Virus record (IMG/VR): IMGVR_UViG_3300021255_002784
Coordinates: 24,416 to 88,415 of that record
Strand: one strand, 5' to 3'
From: a virus
Lineage: Duplodnaviria > Heunggongvirae > Uroviricota > Caudoviricetes
DNA: 64,000 bases
Below the pieces are notes generated by a model, which ran no database searches, was not told the origin of the DNA, and was given only the letters and a program-made list of their open reading frames with translations. Position numbers and translations under genes: made by a program. Positions 1-10,358 of the stretch are shown here, in pieces. The stretch's first letter is position 1, and each line of letters starts with the position of its first letter.

Positions 1-120
1 TCTACAACGATTCTGTGAATCTATTTCAGAGGGGGCGTCTGTTACCATATTCGACAATGTAGCCAAATGTCATGATACAGACATCTTGAATCTCGTCGTC
101 AATAAAAAAGGAATCCTGGT

Positions 121-438
121 ATGTTAAGTATAGCCAAGCTAAAACTTCAACTGGATATCAGTAGGGCACTCAGAAGTGACAAAGTGGCAAAAGTGTTCGA
201 AAATGCACTACTGAGCACCTTTCCAGTTGTCAATGACGAAAACGGAGCTCATGATATGGCAGAATCATTCGGTAAGTTATGTGCCAACGGATTATCTTCA
301 GCACTAGCTCAACCTATCACCGATGCAGTAGATGATTATGTCAAAGAGATAGGATTGCAGATCACGCCTACTATGTTGATGAGTCCGACCGGACCAGTGA
401 CAGGATCCATCAACCCAATAGATGTTAAAGTACTATGA
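121..438 (+). CDS. hypothetical protein (105 aa)
   Basis: ORF on + strand whose stop overlaps the next start (ATGA); no recognisable motif. Confidence 0.4.
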   Translation: MLSIAKLKLQLDISRALRSDKVAKVFENALLSTFPVVNDENGAHDMAESFGKLCANGLSSALAQPITDAVDDYVKEIGLQITPTMLMSPTGPVTGSINPIDVKVL

Positions 439-1952
439 GAAATATATTTGAAGAAGCGGGTGGTCAAAAATACGTTTCTGGATCTGAACGTCAGACCATG
501 GAGCGCGATAATAAAGGCAAACGCTGGGAGGATTATGATACTATCGTCTGCCCAGACGGTACTCGTATAGACATGGCCAACCTCCTCCAAGAACAAGCCA
601 AAGCCAAAGCAGCACTCATACACTTGGAGCCTATGTTCGCAGCCTTTGTTAATAGGCTTCAAATAGTATATACGTTTCGTATTAAAACACAAGCAACAGA
701 TGGTTTCCACCTGTTTGTCAATCCCCAATTTACTAATGTTCTAACTTTCGAAGGGAAAGTATTTGTCATGGCACATGAATGTATGCACTGTGTGCTTGAT
801 CACATGCGCAGGGGGCGCCAAGCGGGCCATGATCCCGAACGTAGTAACATCGCTGCGGACTACGAAGTAAACCAAACTCTGGTCGACCTAGGCCTGTTTA
901 GTGCTGCTACTATTCAAAAGATCAGAGGCCTCATCGATTCTAAATATTCAGGATGGGCATATGAACGTATTTACGATGATAGCCCAAAAGGAAATACATC
1001 AGGCAATAACAATAACAGTCAGAAAGGCAAATCTGATAATTCTCAGGGAGGCCAGAAAGGTCAATCCCAAGCGGATCCGAACAAAAATGAAGGTCAGGTC
1101 AAACCCGAAGACTGTGCCGGACAATACGGGAGTAACATGCCTGAGACACCGGGCGGATTCATGGATGCACGCGAAGGTAATGAACTCGCAGAAAAAGAAG
1201 GTTACGACAAAGGTCCTACCGATGATGCCAACTCTAATGAATGGAAACGGGTTGCCATCAATCAAGCACAAAAAGATAATCGTACAGATGCTCATGGAGC
1301 TCGTGGGCGGTTCTATAGTAAGATTCTCGATCTCTGGAAAACAAACACAGATTGGAAAAAAGCCTTTCGTAAGATCATAGGTCGTGCATTAAATACTCAG
1401 GACCGACGTCGTGCGTTTGCAAACAAAAACATACTCGCTACTCAACGGGACCCTAATGGTCGTGCTCGCATAGCTATGGCTGACTTCGATAAGTTCGACG
1501 CAGTAGACTACATGACCATATTCATTGATAGTTCGGGATCCATCTCCGACGACATGCTTCGATATATGCTGGGAGAGGTTTATAATATAGCCCTACAGCT
1601 CAAACCCGAGACTTTGGTGCTCGTTCAGTTGGATACTACTGTTCAAGAATGTCAAATTTTTCACGACTCTAATGAGTTCAAACGATATGCCAAAGTGGCT
1701 ACCGTCAAAGGGCGCGGCGGTAACTACCAACAAGCCTGCTGGGATTTCCTACGAAACGATAAACGTTTCTCACGAACTCAGTCAGAATTGGTTATTATGT
1801 TTACAGACGGTTGGCTGGATCAACACAAGCGGGATCCGAAAACCATGTCGAATTTGTGCTGGGCTATTATTGACAACCCATCATTCAAATTACAGTACCC
1901 AGAAACACGTACATCAGTCGTATATCTGAGTTCAAAAGACATCAAGAAGTAA
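435..1952 (+). CDS. putative metallopeptidase-like (HExxH) + von Willebrand factor A domain protein
   Basis: HECMH zinc-binding-like motif near the N-terminus; C-terminal DxSxS MIDAS-like motif (IFIDSSGSIS) typical of vWA domains; long Gly/Asn/Gln-rich low-complexity linker. Confidence 0.55.
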   Translation: MRNIFEEAGGQKYVSGSERQTMERDNKGKRWEDYDTIVCPDGTRIDMANLLQEQAKAKAALIHLEPMFAAFVNRLQIVYTFRIKTQATDGFHLFVNPQFTNVLTFEGKVFVMAHECMHCVLDHMRRGRQAGHDPERSNIAADYEVNQTLVDLGLFSAATIQKIRGLIDSKYSGWAYERIYDDSPKGNTSGNNNNSQKGKSDNSQGGQKGQSQADPNKNEGQVKPEDCAGQYGSNMPETPGGFMDAREGNELAEKEGYDKGPTDDANSNEWKRVAINQAQKDNRTDAHGARGRFYSKILDLWKTNTDWKKAFRKIIGRALNTQDRRRAFANKNILATQRDPNGRARIAMADFDKFDAVDYMTIFIDSSGSISDDMLRYMLGEVYNIALQLKPETLVLVQLDTTVQECQIFHDSNEFKRYAKVATVKGRGGNYQQACWDFLRNDKRFSRTQSELVIMFTDGWLDQHKRDPKTMSNLCWAIIDNPSFKLQYPETRTSVVYLSSKDIKK

Positions 1953-1955
1953 CCT

Positions 1956-2348
1956 ATGAAGAGCCTGACACAAATGATCATCGAAGACTGGATACTGTCG
2001 AATCTCTATTCGATGGTGAACGAGGACAAAGATCCAATCCAGGATAAGTATGAAAAGTACGGTGAGAAGTGGGTGAAGACAGACGAACTCAACAAGAAAT
2101 TGGATTCGTTGCTCAGCATCAAAAACTCCAAGGAGACTTCTAATATATCTATTGTAGATGTGTTCCTGGTGAACTCGGATCACTACATAATCAAATTATA
2201 TGGTGGACTCAATGGCTCGGGCAAATGGGAGTCTTACCTAAAAGACATGCAAGCCGTGGTAAAAGAGCTTGGTGATTGTTATGTGATAGGTGTAGAGGTA
2301 GATGTCCCTGATGATGTCTGGACACTATATCTTGGTTTGCATAAATAA
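1956..2348 (+). CDS. hypothetical protein (130 aa)
   Basis: tightly packed + strand ORF. Confidence 0.45.
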   Translation: MKSLTQMIIEDWILSNLYSMVNEDKDPIQDKYEKYGEKWVKTDELNKKLDSLLSIKNSKETSNISIVDVFLVNSDHYIIKLYGGLNGSGKWESYLKDMQAVVKELGDCYVIGVEVDVPDDVWTLYLGLHK

Positions 2349-2362
2349 AATACACTATATAT

Positions 2363-2815
2363 ATGAAAAGTCTAATCGAAACGATATACGAAAGCACCAT
2401 CAACGAATCTGCTGACAAAAAGATGAAGGAGTTGTTTGGTAAACCTCTCAAATTCTCTGAAAAGATGAGATCCAAGTTCAGCGAACTGGGTATGTACTAC
2501 ACACATATTGATGACAATTTCATTGTATACCAGGATGGTCATATTGAGTATCGTAATAAATGGTTGTTCACCATTCCTATTACAGGTAAAGTTCGCAAAA
2601 CTTATTTGAATAGGGTTATCCCAGCCAATGACGATAAGTTATTCGTACTGAATCCTGTAACTGGAAATGTGGCGGATGGATTGACACCATATAGATACCT
2701 ACGAGCGGTGCTTAACGCCTTTCCACAAGGATATATAGAAGTGCGCAATGGCGAAGGAGTCATTACAGACCTGGATTATACCAGAGGTGACTTTGAAAAA
2801 GATATGAAAAAATAA
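2363..2815 (+). CDS. hypothetical protein (150 aa)
   Basis: + strand ORF; promoter-like TATATATA box immediately upstream. Confidence 0.45.
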   Translation: MKSLIETIYESTINESADKKMKELFGKPLKFSEKMRSKFSELGMYYTHIDDNFIVYQDGHIEYRNKWLFTIPITGKVRKTYLNRVIPANDDKLFVLNPVTGNVADGLTPYRYLRAVLNAFPQGYIEVRNGEGVITDLDYTRGDFEKDMKK

Positions 2816-2840
2816 ATTAAGAAAAATACATAATACTAAT

Positions 2841-4001
2841 ATGGCAAAAATGACTATCGATGAAGTACTAGATAACAAGTACATAACAGATTCGAGCTTG
2901 GCACAACAACTCGTTGCAGGTACACTGTCACTAGATGATCAGATCATCAAGGATCACGTTCATCAGGTCGGCGCATATATTGCAATTTATGAATCAGGCG
3001 ACGAACGTTTGTTGAATAATCAAATAAAATATAATGCCACGCGTAAGTTAACCATACTAGATGGTGTGGATTATACCGAGCATACCTTTGACGACGGGGT
3101 CGGATTAGTCACGTTTAACAATGATTTGACGGAGCTTGAATCTGATTGGTTTAGTCACACATTTGATAATTATGCAGGTAACATAACATCATTAACTCTA
3201 CCAAACAGTGTTTCAGAGATCGGGATGGGTGCTCTAACTGGTGCAAATACGGCGTATTATGAAGGCACACAAAAAGAATGTGCTAGGATTGTTAAAGATG
3301 TGGTCTATGGAACAGGCGTAACTGAATATCATTGTTCCGATGGAATAGTTGATAGTGCTTATATCTCAAACAGAATAAATCCTTTGCTTTTAGCAAAATC
3401 AACCTGGTTCAAAGATCTGATCGGAGAAAATTTACAAGATTTTCTAAGTATCGTTAGCTCTGTTAAAATAGATGAGCATCCAGAAATTACAGCCAGAGAA
3501 TATATTACCATGCTTGTTAACGGTACGGAAGACAATCCTGGATTATCTACATATGGATTTCATGTTGCAACCAAAGAGATTAAAGGAGTAACAATCCCGT
3601 TTGCTGTGCGTGGCGAATTCGGACATTTTATAGGAATTACAAAAGCAACTAATTATGCACAGGTAGATTCTGAACATGTTGAACTTGTTGCTACAGATGA
3701 ATCATTAGACCCAGATTATATGTATGTATTATTTGATGATACATCTGTCATGGTGGATGTTACAATTGTTGATAAGGAAGGTTCAACAGAAACAATAACA
3801 TTAAATACTATTGAAACATATGCTGAACAGGGTTATAGTGGGCACTATAGTCAAAATACTTATAATTCTAGCGTAGGTGAAACTTCCAGTCAATTCTTAG
3901 TTGATGGTCGTTATCCTGTGGCTGACGATACTATATATAGCTACTGCGATGATACCGCTGAACCTGAAGGACCTGAAGTGATTGAAGAACCAACTGAATA
4001 A
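2841..4001 (+). CDS. hypothetical protein (386 aa), possibly structural
   Basis: long ORF; Thr/Ser-rich; acidic C-terminus. Confidence 0.45.
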   Translation: MAKMTIDEVLDNKYITDSSLAQQLVAGTLSLDDQIIKDHVHQVGAYIAIYESGDERLLNNQIKYNATRKLTILDGVDYTEHTFDDGVGLVTFNNDLTELESDWFSHTFDNYAGNITSLTLPNSVSEIGMGALTGANTAYYEGTQKECARIVKDVVYGTGVTEYHCSDGIVDSAYISNRINPLLLAKSTWFKDLIGENLQDFLSIVSSVKIDEHPEITAREYITMLVNGTEDNPGLSTYGFHVATKEIKGVTIPFAVRGEFGHFIGITKATNYAQVDSEHVELVATDESLDPDYMYVLFDDTSVMVDVTIVDKEGSTETITLNTIETYAEQGYSGHYSQNTYNSSVGETSSQFLVDGRYPVADDTIYSYCDDTAEPEGPEVIEEPTE

Positions 4002-4027
4002 TTCCAGAATTAAAAAAACATTCAAAT

Positions 4028-4285
4028 ATGCAAGACATAAAAGAGTTGTTGAATCAGAGTCTTAACGAAAGCTTCGCTGGAGCCAGGCAAATTACTGCTT
4101 ATCTGGAGTCCTGGACTAAGCAGCCTGATGACCAGCGCGAGATGCAAGAGATACTGGATGCTATAGTAAAGGGCCTCAAGGTGGGGCTTGCTTATCGCGA
4201 GGATCCTGAATACATAGACAGAATGGATAGCAAATACAAAAAAGCAACGGACGCTCTGAAAACGTTTGTTGGACAACTGGAGTAA
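4028..4285 (+). CDS. hypothetical protein (85 aa)
   Basis: ORF directly upstream of and overlapping the endolysin start. Confidence 0.4.
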   Translation: MQDIKELLNQSLNESFAGARQITAYLESWTKQPDDQREMQEILDAIVKGLKVGLAYREDPEYIDRMDSKYKKATDALKTFVGQLE

Positions 4286-4287
4286 TC

Positions 4288-5067
4288 ATGCTGCTCAAGA
4301 AAGGATCCAAAGGAGAAGACGTCAAGAGACTACAGGTTCTTCTGGGGTGTCGCCCGGATGGTGATTTTGGTCCTACTACTGAGAGGTTGGTTAAAGAATG
4401 GCAAGCCGCACATGATCTGGTACCTGATGGGATAGTGGGGGATAAGACTTGGTCGATGATGTGTGCCACCCCCCCACCTAGTCAAGTAGATTCGAGGGTT
4501 ATATATAATCCTATTGACGTCCACATCACACGCAAAGACGGTCGCCCTATCGAGTACCTCGTCATACACTTCACAGCTGGGTCATCTTCTGCAGGTGATG
4601 CTGATGAACTCAATCGTAATGTGTTCCTTAACAGAAATGCAAGTGCGGACTTTGTAGTGGATGATGACTCGATGCTGCAGGTCAATCCTGATCCTAAGAA
4701 CTACTATTGTTGGGCAGTAGGAGATGGCAAGGGTAAGTACGGTGTGACTAACCAGAACTCAATCAGCATTGAGATCTGTTCTAATCTGAAGAAAGGTACC
4801 ACGCCGAAGGTTCCTAATCATGAAGGATGGTACTTCACACAACCGTCAATAGACAATGCTGTACTGCTATCCAAAATTATTATGGAGAAGTACGACATCC
4901 CATTGGATAGGGTCATCCGTCATTACGATGCTACTCGTAAGTTGTGTCCAGGTATAATCGGATGGAACCCTGGTCCGATATATGATCCGAAAACTGGTAT
5001 CAAAACCGACAAACATAGTGATGAAAAAGCTTGGTTGACATTCAAAGATCGCCTGAAAGGCGCCTAA
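4288..5067 (+). CDS. endolysin: peptidoglycan-binding domain + N-acetylmuramoyl-L-alanine amidase (Amidase_2/PGRP fold)
   Basis: N-terminal PG_binding_1-like repeat (LKKGSKGEDVKRLQVLLG...DGIVGDKTW); amidase_2 signatures (HFTAG, EICSN, HYDATRKLCPG). Confidence 0.85.
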   Translation: MLLKKGSKGEDVKRLQVLLGCRPDGDFGPTTERLVKEWQAAHDLVPDGIVGDKTWSMMCATPPPSQVDSRVIYNPIDVHITRKDGRPIEYLVIHFTAGSSSAGDADELNRNVFLNRNASADFVVDDDSMLQVNPDPKNYYCWAVGDGKGKYGVTNQNSISIEICSNLKKGTTPKVPNHEGWYFTQPSIDNAVLLSKIIMEKYDIPLDRVIRHYDATRKLCPGIIGWNPGPIYDPKTGIKTDKHSDEKAWLTFKDRLKGA

Positions 5068-5078
5068 TTTTAATAGCC

Positions 5079-5112
5079 CATCTCAACAAACACAAAGATG
5101 GGCTATTATTAT
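5079..5112 (+). terminator. rho-independent terminator after the endolysin gene
   Basis: TAGCCCATCT...AGATGGGCTA hairpin followed by a T-rich run. Confidence 0.6.
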
Positions 5113-5133
5113 ATACTTACATAAACTGTATAT

Positions 5134-6837
5134 ATGGAACAAGAATCATCAATATCCTCAAGACTAATAGATGAAGGAGGCAGCATCCTAATTGGAGAAG
5201 GTCAATTACAGAACCCTTCTAATATACCAGGATTCAAGGAGACAACCAACTTCAAGCCTCGATATGCACAGGCCAAGCAGAAGAAGAAAGGTACCATCGC
5301 ACGGTTCTTCTCAAACATGTCTCGCCTGGGTATGACATACGATGAACAAGTCATTGCTAATATGCGTGCTATACCTGCAGATAAGAACTTCATTCCTAAA
5401 GAACAACAACTGATCAATCAGGACTTGTTCACATCGTTAGCTAACAACTGGAAGGTCAAACAGAACGCAGATAAGGATTTCTTTAGTAAAGACTTTCCTC
5501 AGAAACGTGACGCACTCCGCAAGTTGGCTATGCAACCCGAACTGGAAGATATCTTGGACACCATGTCTAACGAAGCTATCGTGTATGATAATGAAATGGT
5601 ATACTTCGCAGAACCTTTTGTTGAGGCTCAGGAGATCAATATGTTCACCAAAGAGGTCCAGGAGAAAATCACCAATACTATCAATACTAACTTCCGTCGT
5701 TTCTATAAGATGTTGAACTGGAAGTACAATGCCTGGGATGATTTCAAACGATTCCTCGTGGAGGGTATCCTGGCTTGGGAGATTGTTTATGATAATCTGG
5801 AGAAACCAACCAACATCATTGGGTTGGTTCCATTGGATCCGGCTACACTCACCAAGAAGTTCGATAACAACAAATGGTACTGGATACAATATAAGGGCAT
5901 GAATGGCAAGGAGCGCAAACTTCTCGATTCACAGGTTATTTATATATCTTATCAAGAGACCAACTGTCTGACTCGTTTGTCGTATCTGGAGCGTCTAATC
6001 AGACCGTTCAATATCTATCGTATCATCGAGCAAGCTCAGTTGATCTGGACCATTACCAACTCGTCCTATAAGATGAAGTTTACTATACCGGTTAAGGGTA
6101 TGAACCGCACACTTGGTATGCAGACTGTATCGTCCGCGATGAATAAATACAAGGAAGACATCAAGTTCATGCCGGATACTGGAGAATTGGAAATCAATGG
6201 ACAAGTGAACCTGCCGTTCAATAAAGAGTACTGGTTCCCCGAGAACGACTCTGGTACACCAAACATCGAGACACTGGGTGGCGAAGGACCTAACCTCAAT
6301 GATGACGACCAGTTACGTTACTTCAAGAATCAACTGTACAAGATATCTAAAATTCCTTTGAGTCGTTTTGAACAGGACAGTGGTGAGACCTGGTTTGGAT
6401 CCGATGCTACGTCGGTAGCTCGCACCGAGATTGATTTCGGACGATTCGTTACTCGTTTGCGTAACCGCTTCAGTCAAATCATTATCAAACCACTACAGAT
6501 GCAGTTAGCACTGTCTATCCCTGAACTACAAGACAACAGAGAGGTGCTCGAAGCTATCTCTTTGCAATACCACTCCTACAACCTCTTTGAAGAGATGATG
6601 GAAATGGAACTGATGCAGAAACGTGTCGACTTCATACAAACCATGAAAGATGGTATGGTGGACATGGACGCCAACGGAAATGAAATCAAATTTTGGTCAT
6701 CTAAATTCTTGGTACAGAAGTACTTGAAACTATCTGATGCTGACTTGAAGCTCAACGCTAAGTTGAAACAAGAAGAGATTGAAGAACTTAACCTTGCTGG
6801 AGGGGAGAACTCCGATGATGGTGGAGGTATGATGTAA
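5134..6837 (+). CDS. portal protein, T4 gp20-like
   Basis: C-terminal half aligns by eye with T4 gp20 (KIPLSRFEQDSGETWFGSDATSVARTEIDFGRFVTRLRNRF vs T4 [40 protein letters not shown]); size 567 aa. Confidence 0.75.
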   Translation: MEQESSISSRLIDEGGSILIGEGQLQNPSNIPGFKETTNFKPRYAQAKQKKKGTIARFFSNMSRLGMTYDEQVIANMRAIPADKNFIPKEQQLINQDLFTSLANNWKVKQNADKDFFSKDFPQKRDALRKLAMQPELEDILDTMSNEAIVYDNEMVYFAEPFVEAQEINMFTKEVQEKITNTINTNFRRFYKMLNWKYNAWDDFKRFLVEGILAWEIVYDNLEKPTNIIGLVPLDPATLTKKFDNNKWYWIQYKGMNGKERKLLDSQVIYISYQETNCLTRLSYLERLIRPFNIYRIIEQAQLIWTITNSSYKMKFTIPVKGMNRTLGMQTVSSAMNKYKEDIKFMPDTGELEINGQVNLPFNKEYWFPENDSGTPNIETLGGEGPNLNDDDQLRYFKNQLYKISKIPLSRFEQDSGETWFGSDATSVARTEIDFGRFVTRLRNRFSQIIIKPLQMQLALSIPELQDNREVLEAISLQYHSYNLFEEMMEMELMQKRVDFIQTMKDGMVDMDANGNEIKFWSSKFLVQKYLKLSDADLKLNAKLKQEEIEELNLAGGENSDDGGGMM

Positions 6838-6861
6838 TAGAATTTTTTAATAAAAAAAATC

Positions 6862-6895
6862 AACCGATACTATAAATGTGTCGGTTGTTTTTTAT
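6862..6895 (+). terminator. rho-independent terminator after the portal gene
   Basis: CAACCGATAC...GTGTCGGTTG hairpin followed by TTTTTTATTTT. Confidence 0.6.
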
Positions 6896-6922
6896 TTTAT
6901 ATAAAAAGAGAAGCTCATTGAT

Positions 6923-8611
6923 ATGGATGTAAAGTACCTACTAACCGCTCCAAGGAGTCGTTGCACGGAAAAGCATATTAAAAATAAATTTCCAGACGAA
7001 TATGTTATTATCAAAAATTTGGACGGGGAAACATTTGGAGAAAAACTTTATAATTACTGCTACAATTCTCCTGAACATGTGTGCCCTGTGTGTGGGAAAC
7101 AAACCAAATTTATGAATTTTATAAATGGATTTCATGAGTATTGCTCGACAAATTGTTCATACCGCAGTGAAAGGAGAACCAATAAAATTAAAAAGACTTG
7201 CATCGATAGATATGGTGTTTCCAATGCCTCCCAGCTTCAAGCGATTAAAGACAAAAAAAGACAGACGATAACTAAAAATTTCGGCGGATTTGGATTCGGA
7301 AGTCAAAAAATTTCTGAAAAATCAAACAAAACTATTCAAGAGAGATATGGTGTGGATAATATATCGACATTAGCTGAAATAAAAGATAAGAAAAAAGTAA
7401 CCACACAAAAACATTATGGCGTTGATAGTGTATTGTCCCTTCAGGAAAATAGAGAAAAAGCCAAACTGGCGATTCTAAAAAAGTACGGAAATGATTTTTT
7501 CAAGCATATAAACGCACTTTCAAGAGCATCAGTCAAACGAAATATACCCAGAATACATAATGACTTTATCTGTTATGATGAAAATGGGAATTGGATTATG
7601 AAATGCCCTCACCCTGAATGTAATAAGTGTGCTGAAAAAAGATACATCACCAAACAAAATATGTATCATGATCGACTAAGATGGGGAGCTGAGACGTGCA
7701 CACACTTGTTGGAACCGGGTAAATTTTCGAAGGGTTCGACAATAGAGTTGTTCGTAAGAGATATATTAGATCGATGCAACATAAATTATGAACCTAACGT
7801 TCGCAGTATTATAACACCAAAGGAATTAGACATATATATATCATCAAAAAATTTAGGGATTGAAATAAACGGTCTTCGATGGCACAGTACTGAGTTCAGA
7901 ACATTCAGTGATCATATAAATAAATTCTTACTGTGCAAACAACGAGGCATACGGCTGTTAAGCATTTGGCAAGATTGGATAGTTAATAAACCCCAAATTG
8001 TCGAGTCAATGATTTTGGATAAGCTAGGTCTCTGTTCTAACAAAATATATGCAAGAAAGTGCATTATTAAAGAAATTGATTCGAAAACGTGTAACTCATT
8101 TCTTGACCACAATCACATTCAAGGGGCATGTAAATCGGTTATCAGATTAGGCTTATATTATAATGATGAATTGATGAGTGTAATGTGTTTTTCCAAAAGA
8201 TCCAAATTATCTGGATCTAAAAGTATAAATAATGAAGAATGGGAGCTTATAAGATTTTGCAGTAAATTAAATCACGTTATTGTTGGAGGAGCCGGTAAGT
8301 TGTTGAATCATTTTATAAAAAATTGGAACCCTAAAATTATAACATCATTTTCTTGTAATGATATAAGTGATGGGGGATTGTATCGGATACTAGGATTCGA
8401 GGAGGAAGGCATAAATCCTTCATATTGGTATGTAGAAAAAAGTACCTATAAACGATATCATAGGGCTACTTTTACTAAAACCTGTATAAAGCAAAAATAT
8501 CCAGAATTAGATATTGAAAATCATACTGAAACAGAATTGATGTCATCCTTGCCTTACTGGAGGATATACGATAGTGGGACTACTAAATGGAAATTAAATG
8601 TAGAGTCCTGA
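6923..8611 (+). CDS. putative free-standing homing-endonuclease-like protein (Zn-finger, tandem ~30-aa repeats, Vsr/PD-(D/E)xK-like nuclease core)
   Basis: N-terminal Cys clusters (CPVCGK..., CSTNC); three tandem repeats RYGVxNxSxLxxIKDKKKxT; central region ELDIYISSKNLGIEINGLRWHS resembling Vsr/DUF559-type PD-(D/E)xK nucleases; C-terminal GGAGKLL-containing domain of unknown fold. Confidence 0.4.
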   Translation: MDVKYLLTAPRSRCTEKHIKNKFPDEYVIIKNLDGETFGEKLYNYCYNSPEHVCPVCGKQTKFMNFINGFHEYCSTNCSYRSERRTNKIKKTCIDRYGVSNASQLQAIKDKKRQTITKNFGGFGFGSQKISEKSNKTIQERYGVDNISTLAEIKDKKKVTTQKHYGVDSVLSLQENREKAKLAILKKYGNDFFKHINALSRASVKRNIPRIHNDFICYDENGNWIMKCPHPECNKCAEKRYITKQNMYHDRLRWGAETCTHLLEPGKFSKGSTIELFVRDILDRCNINYEPNVRSIITPKELDIYISSKNLGIEINGLRWHSTEFRTFSDHINKFLLCKQRGIRLLSIWQDWIVNKPQIVESMILDKLGLCSNKIYARKCIIKEIDSKTCNSFLDHNHIQGACKSVIRLGLYYNDELMSVMCFSKRSKLSGSKSINNEEWELIRFCSKLNHVIVGGAGKLLNHFIKNWNPKIITSFSCNDISDGGLYRILGFEEEGINPSYWYVEKSTYKRYHRATFTKTCIKQKYPELDIENHTETELMSSLPYWRIYDSGTTKWKLNVES

Positions 8612-8696
8612 GGACCATCAACTCAGGACTTTTTGTTTTATTATTTATACAAAGAAACCATACAGCAAACACCACTCAAAACGGTGGTGTTTTTTA
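8604..8696 (+). terminator. tandem rho-independent terminators
   Basis: AGTCCTGAG...CTCAGGACT hairpin + TTTTTG; second hairpin ACACCAC...GTGGTGT + TTTTTT. Confidence 0.6.
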
Positions 8697-8742
8697 TCTA
8701 AATTCATTTAATAAAGAAGACAAAACTTATATTTTATAGCAT

Positions 8743-10317
8743 ATGAGAAAAGTGATAAAACGAGACGGATCCAAGGAGATCTTCAATTTTAGTAAGATAT
8801 ACAATGCTGTTGATGCTGCATTCGTACACTGTAATCGAACGATGCCTGAAGGTTTCAAATCTGCATTGGAGAGTACATTCAAAAACGAGAACCCCCGCGA
8901 CATAAATGGTAAACTCCTTCCACTGACGGTAGAGTCTATTCAGGATCGAGTCCAGAACCTGCTGTTCAAACACGGATATCAAGATGTATATAACGAGTAC
9001 CTTATATATCGATATGAGCACAAGGTGACACGTGAATACGTCAAGTCCCAACGGGATTTCATCGACAGGTACATCCAATCAGATAACAATGCCAACGCCA
9101 CTATAGACGACAATTCTAATGTGGCCAGTAAAAACATAGGTACACTCAATAGTGAGATCCATAAACCATGGAACATCAAAATCTCTCGGGGCATGGTTAT
9201 GGACATGCTCAAGATACTGTATCCGGACTTCGATCACAAACAGTACATCAGGGATCTGGCCCATCATATAATATATAAACATGACGAGTCTACTTATGCC
9301 GGGCCTATCGCACCGTACTGTTGTAGTATTTCTATGTATCCATTTATTACTGGTGGTATCAAACATATCGGTGGTCTGTCAGCCTGCCCGCACAGTCTGA
9401 TGTCTTTCTGTGGTATATATATCAATCTGATATTCGCCATCAGTGGTCAGTTTGCAGGCGCTGTAGCTACGTCAGAGTTCTTCGTATACTTCGATTATTT
9501 CGCCCGAAAAGAATGGGGTGACGATTATTATAAGCGCACAGACGAACTCGTTGGAAAACGCACTTTACACAAGCTTATTCACCAGTATTTTCAACAGGTG
9601 GTGTACAGTATCAACCAGCCCGCAGCAGCACGAGGTATGCAGAGTGCTTTTGTGAACTTCTCATACTTCGACAAACCATTCTTTGATGGTATGTTTGGCA
9701 ACTTCATGTTCCCGGACGGAACCAAAGCATGCTGGGAGAGTGTTAACTGGCTACAACGCGATTTTATGCAGTGGTTCAATGAAGAGCGCTTACGCTGTAT
9801 GTTAACGTTCCCTGTAGAGTCTTTTGCTCTGGTATACAAGGACGGACACTTCGTGGATCAGGACAGCGCGGATTTCGTAGCGGCTGAGTATGCTCGAGGT
9901 CATTCCTTCTTTACGTACATATCTGATTCGGTGGATTCACTTTCTTCGTGTTGTTTTAATGGGGATGAAATTATCAAAATTAAAGATAAAAACGGTAATA
10001 ATTTTTCCACATCAATATCGGATTTTGTCAATTCAATAAGTTCTTCAGTTTGCCCATCAGGGAAAAAGATTGGGGAAAAAACATATTTTATAGATTCTTT
10101 TAATAAAAATGGTGGTTGCAAAGAGGTTCAGATTACGGGGGTTTTGAAAAAACAATACTGTGGCAAAATGTATAAGATTTGCGTGGATGAAAATAAATAC
10201 ATCACAGTAACACCAGACCATATTTTAATGGTGAGAAATCGAAAGGGGAATATTCTTTCCCTCCCTGCAGAAGATGTTGTAAGAAACCCAGATGACTATG
10301 AACTTGTTGTGGATTGA
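8743..10317 (+). CDS. nrdD: anaerobic ribonucleoside-triphosphate reductase NrdD, N-terminal fragment fused to the N-terminal half of an intein (IntN)
   Basis: ATP-cone at the N-terminus (MRKVIKRDGSKEIFNFSKIYNAVDAA); conserved NrdD SSCC(RL) motif split after the first Cys; from 9952 intein block A (CFNGDEIIKI) and block B (ITVTPDHILMV); stop after ~121 intein residues. Confidence 0.8.
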   Translation: MRKVIKRDGSKEIFNFSKIYNAVDAAFVHCNRTMPEGFKSALESTFKNENPRDINGKLLPLTVESIQDRVQNLLFKHGYQDVYNEYLIYRYEHKVTREYVKSQRDFIDRYIQSDNNANATIDDNSNVASKNIGTLNSEIHKPWNIKISRGMVMDMLKILYPDFDHKQYIRDLAHHIIYKHDESTYAGPIAPYCCSISMYPFITGGIKHIGGLSACPHSLMSFCGIYINLIFAISGQFAGAVATSEFFVYFDYFARKEWGDDYYKRTDELVGKRTLHKLIHQYFQQVVYSINQPAAARGMQSAFVNFSYFDKPFFDGMFGNFMFPDGTKACWESVNWLQRDFMQWFNEERLRCMLTFPVESFALVYKDGHFVDQDSADFVAAEYARGHSFFTYISDSVDSLSSCCFNGDEIIKIKDKNGNNFSTSISDFVNSISSSVCPSGKKIGEKTYFIDSFNKNGGCKEVQITGVLKKQYCGKMYKICVDENKYITVTPDHILMVRNRKGNILSLPAEDVVRNPDDYELVVD

Positions 10318-10358
10318 GTTTATCCAAAGAATAATTTATTATATTAAAAACCGATCAA

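Noticed and set aside
901-1380. 159-aa + strand ORF and 98-aa minus ORF inside the 435-1952 gene
   Set aside because: Alternative frames of a clearly coding region (the host frame carries the HExxH and vWA motifs); no independent signals.
5437-5889. 150-aa minus-strand ORF inside the portal gene, and similar antisense ORFs inside nrdD, thyX and the 19934 gene
   Set aside because: They lie within strongly supported + strand genes; no motifs.
10318-10358. Programmed frameshift or readthrough joining IntN to the endonuclease ORF
   Set aside because: Frame 0 has a stop at 10332-34 upstream of the endonuclease ATG, and there is no slippery heptamer, so separate genes are more parsimonious; sequencing error remains the main alternative (see the fractured-nrdD finding).
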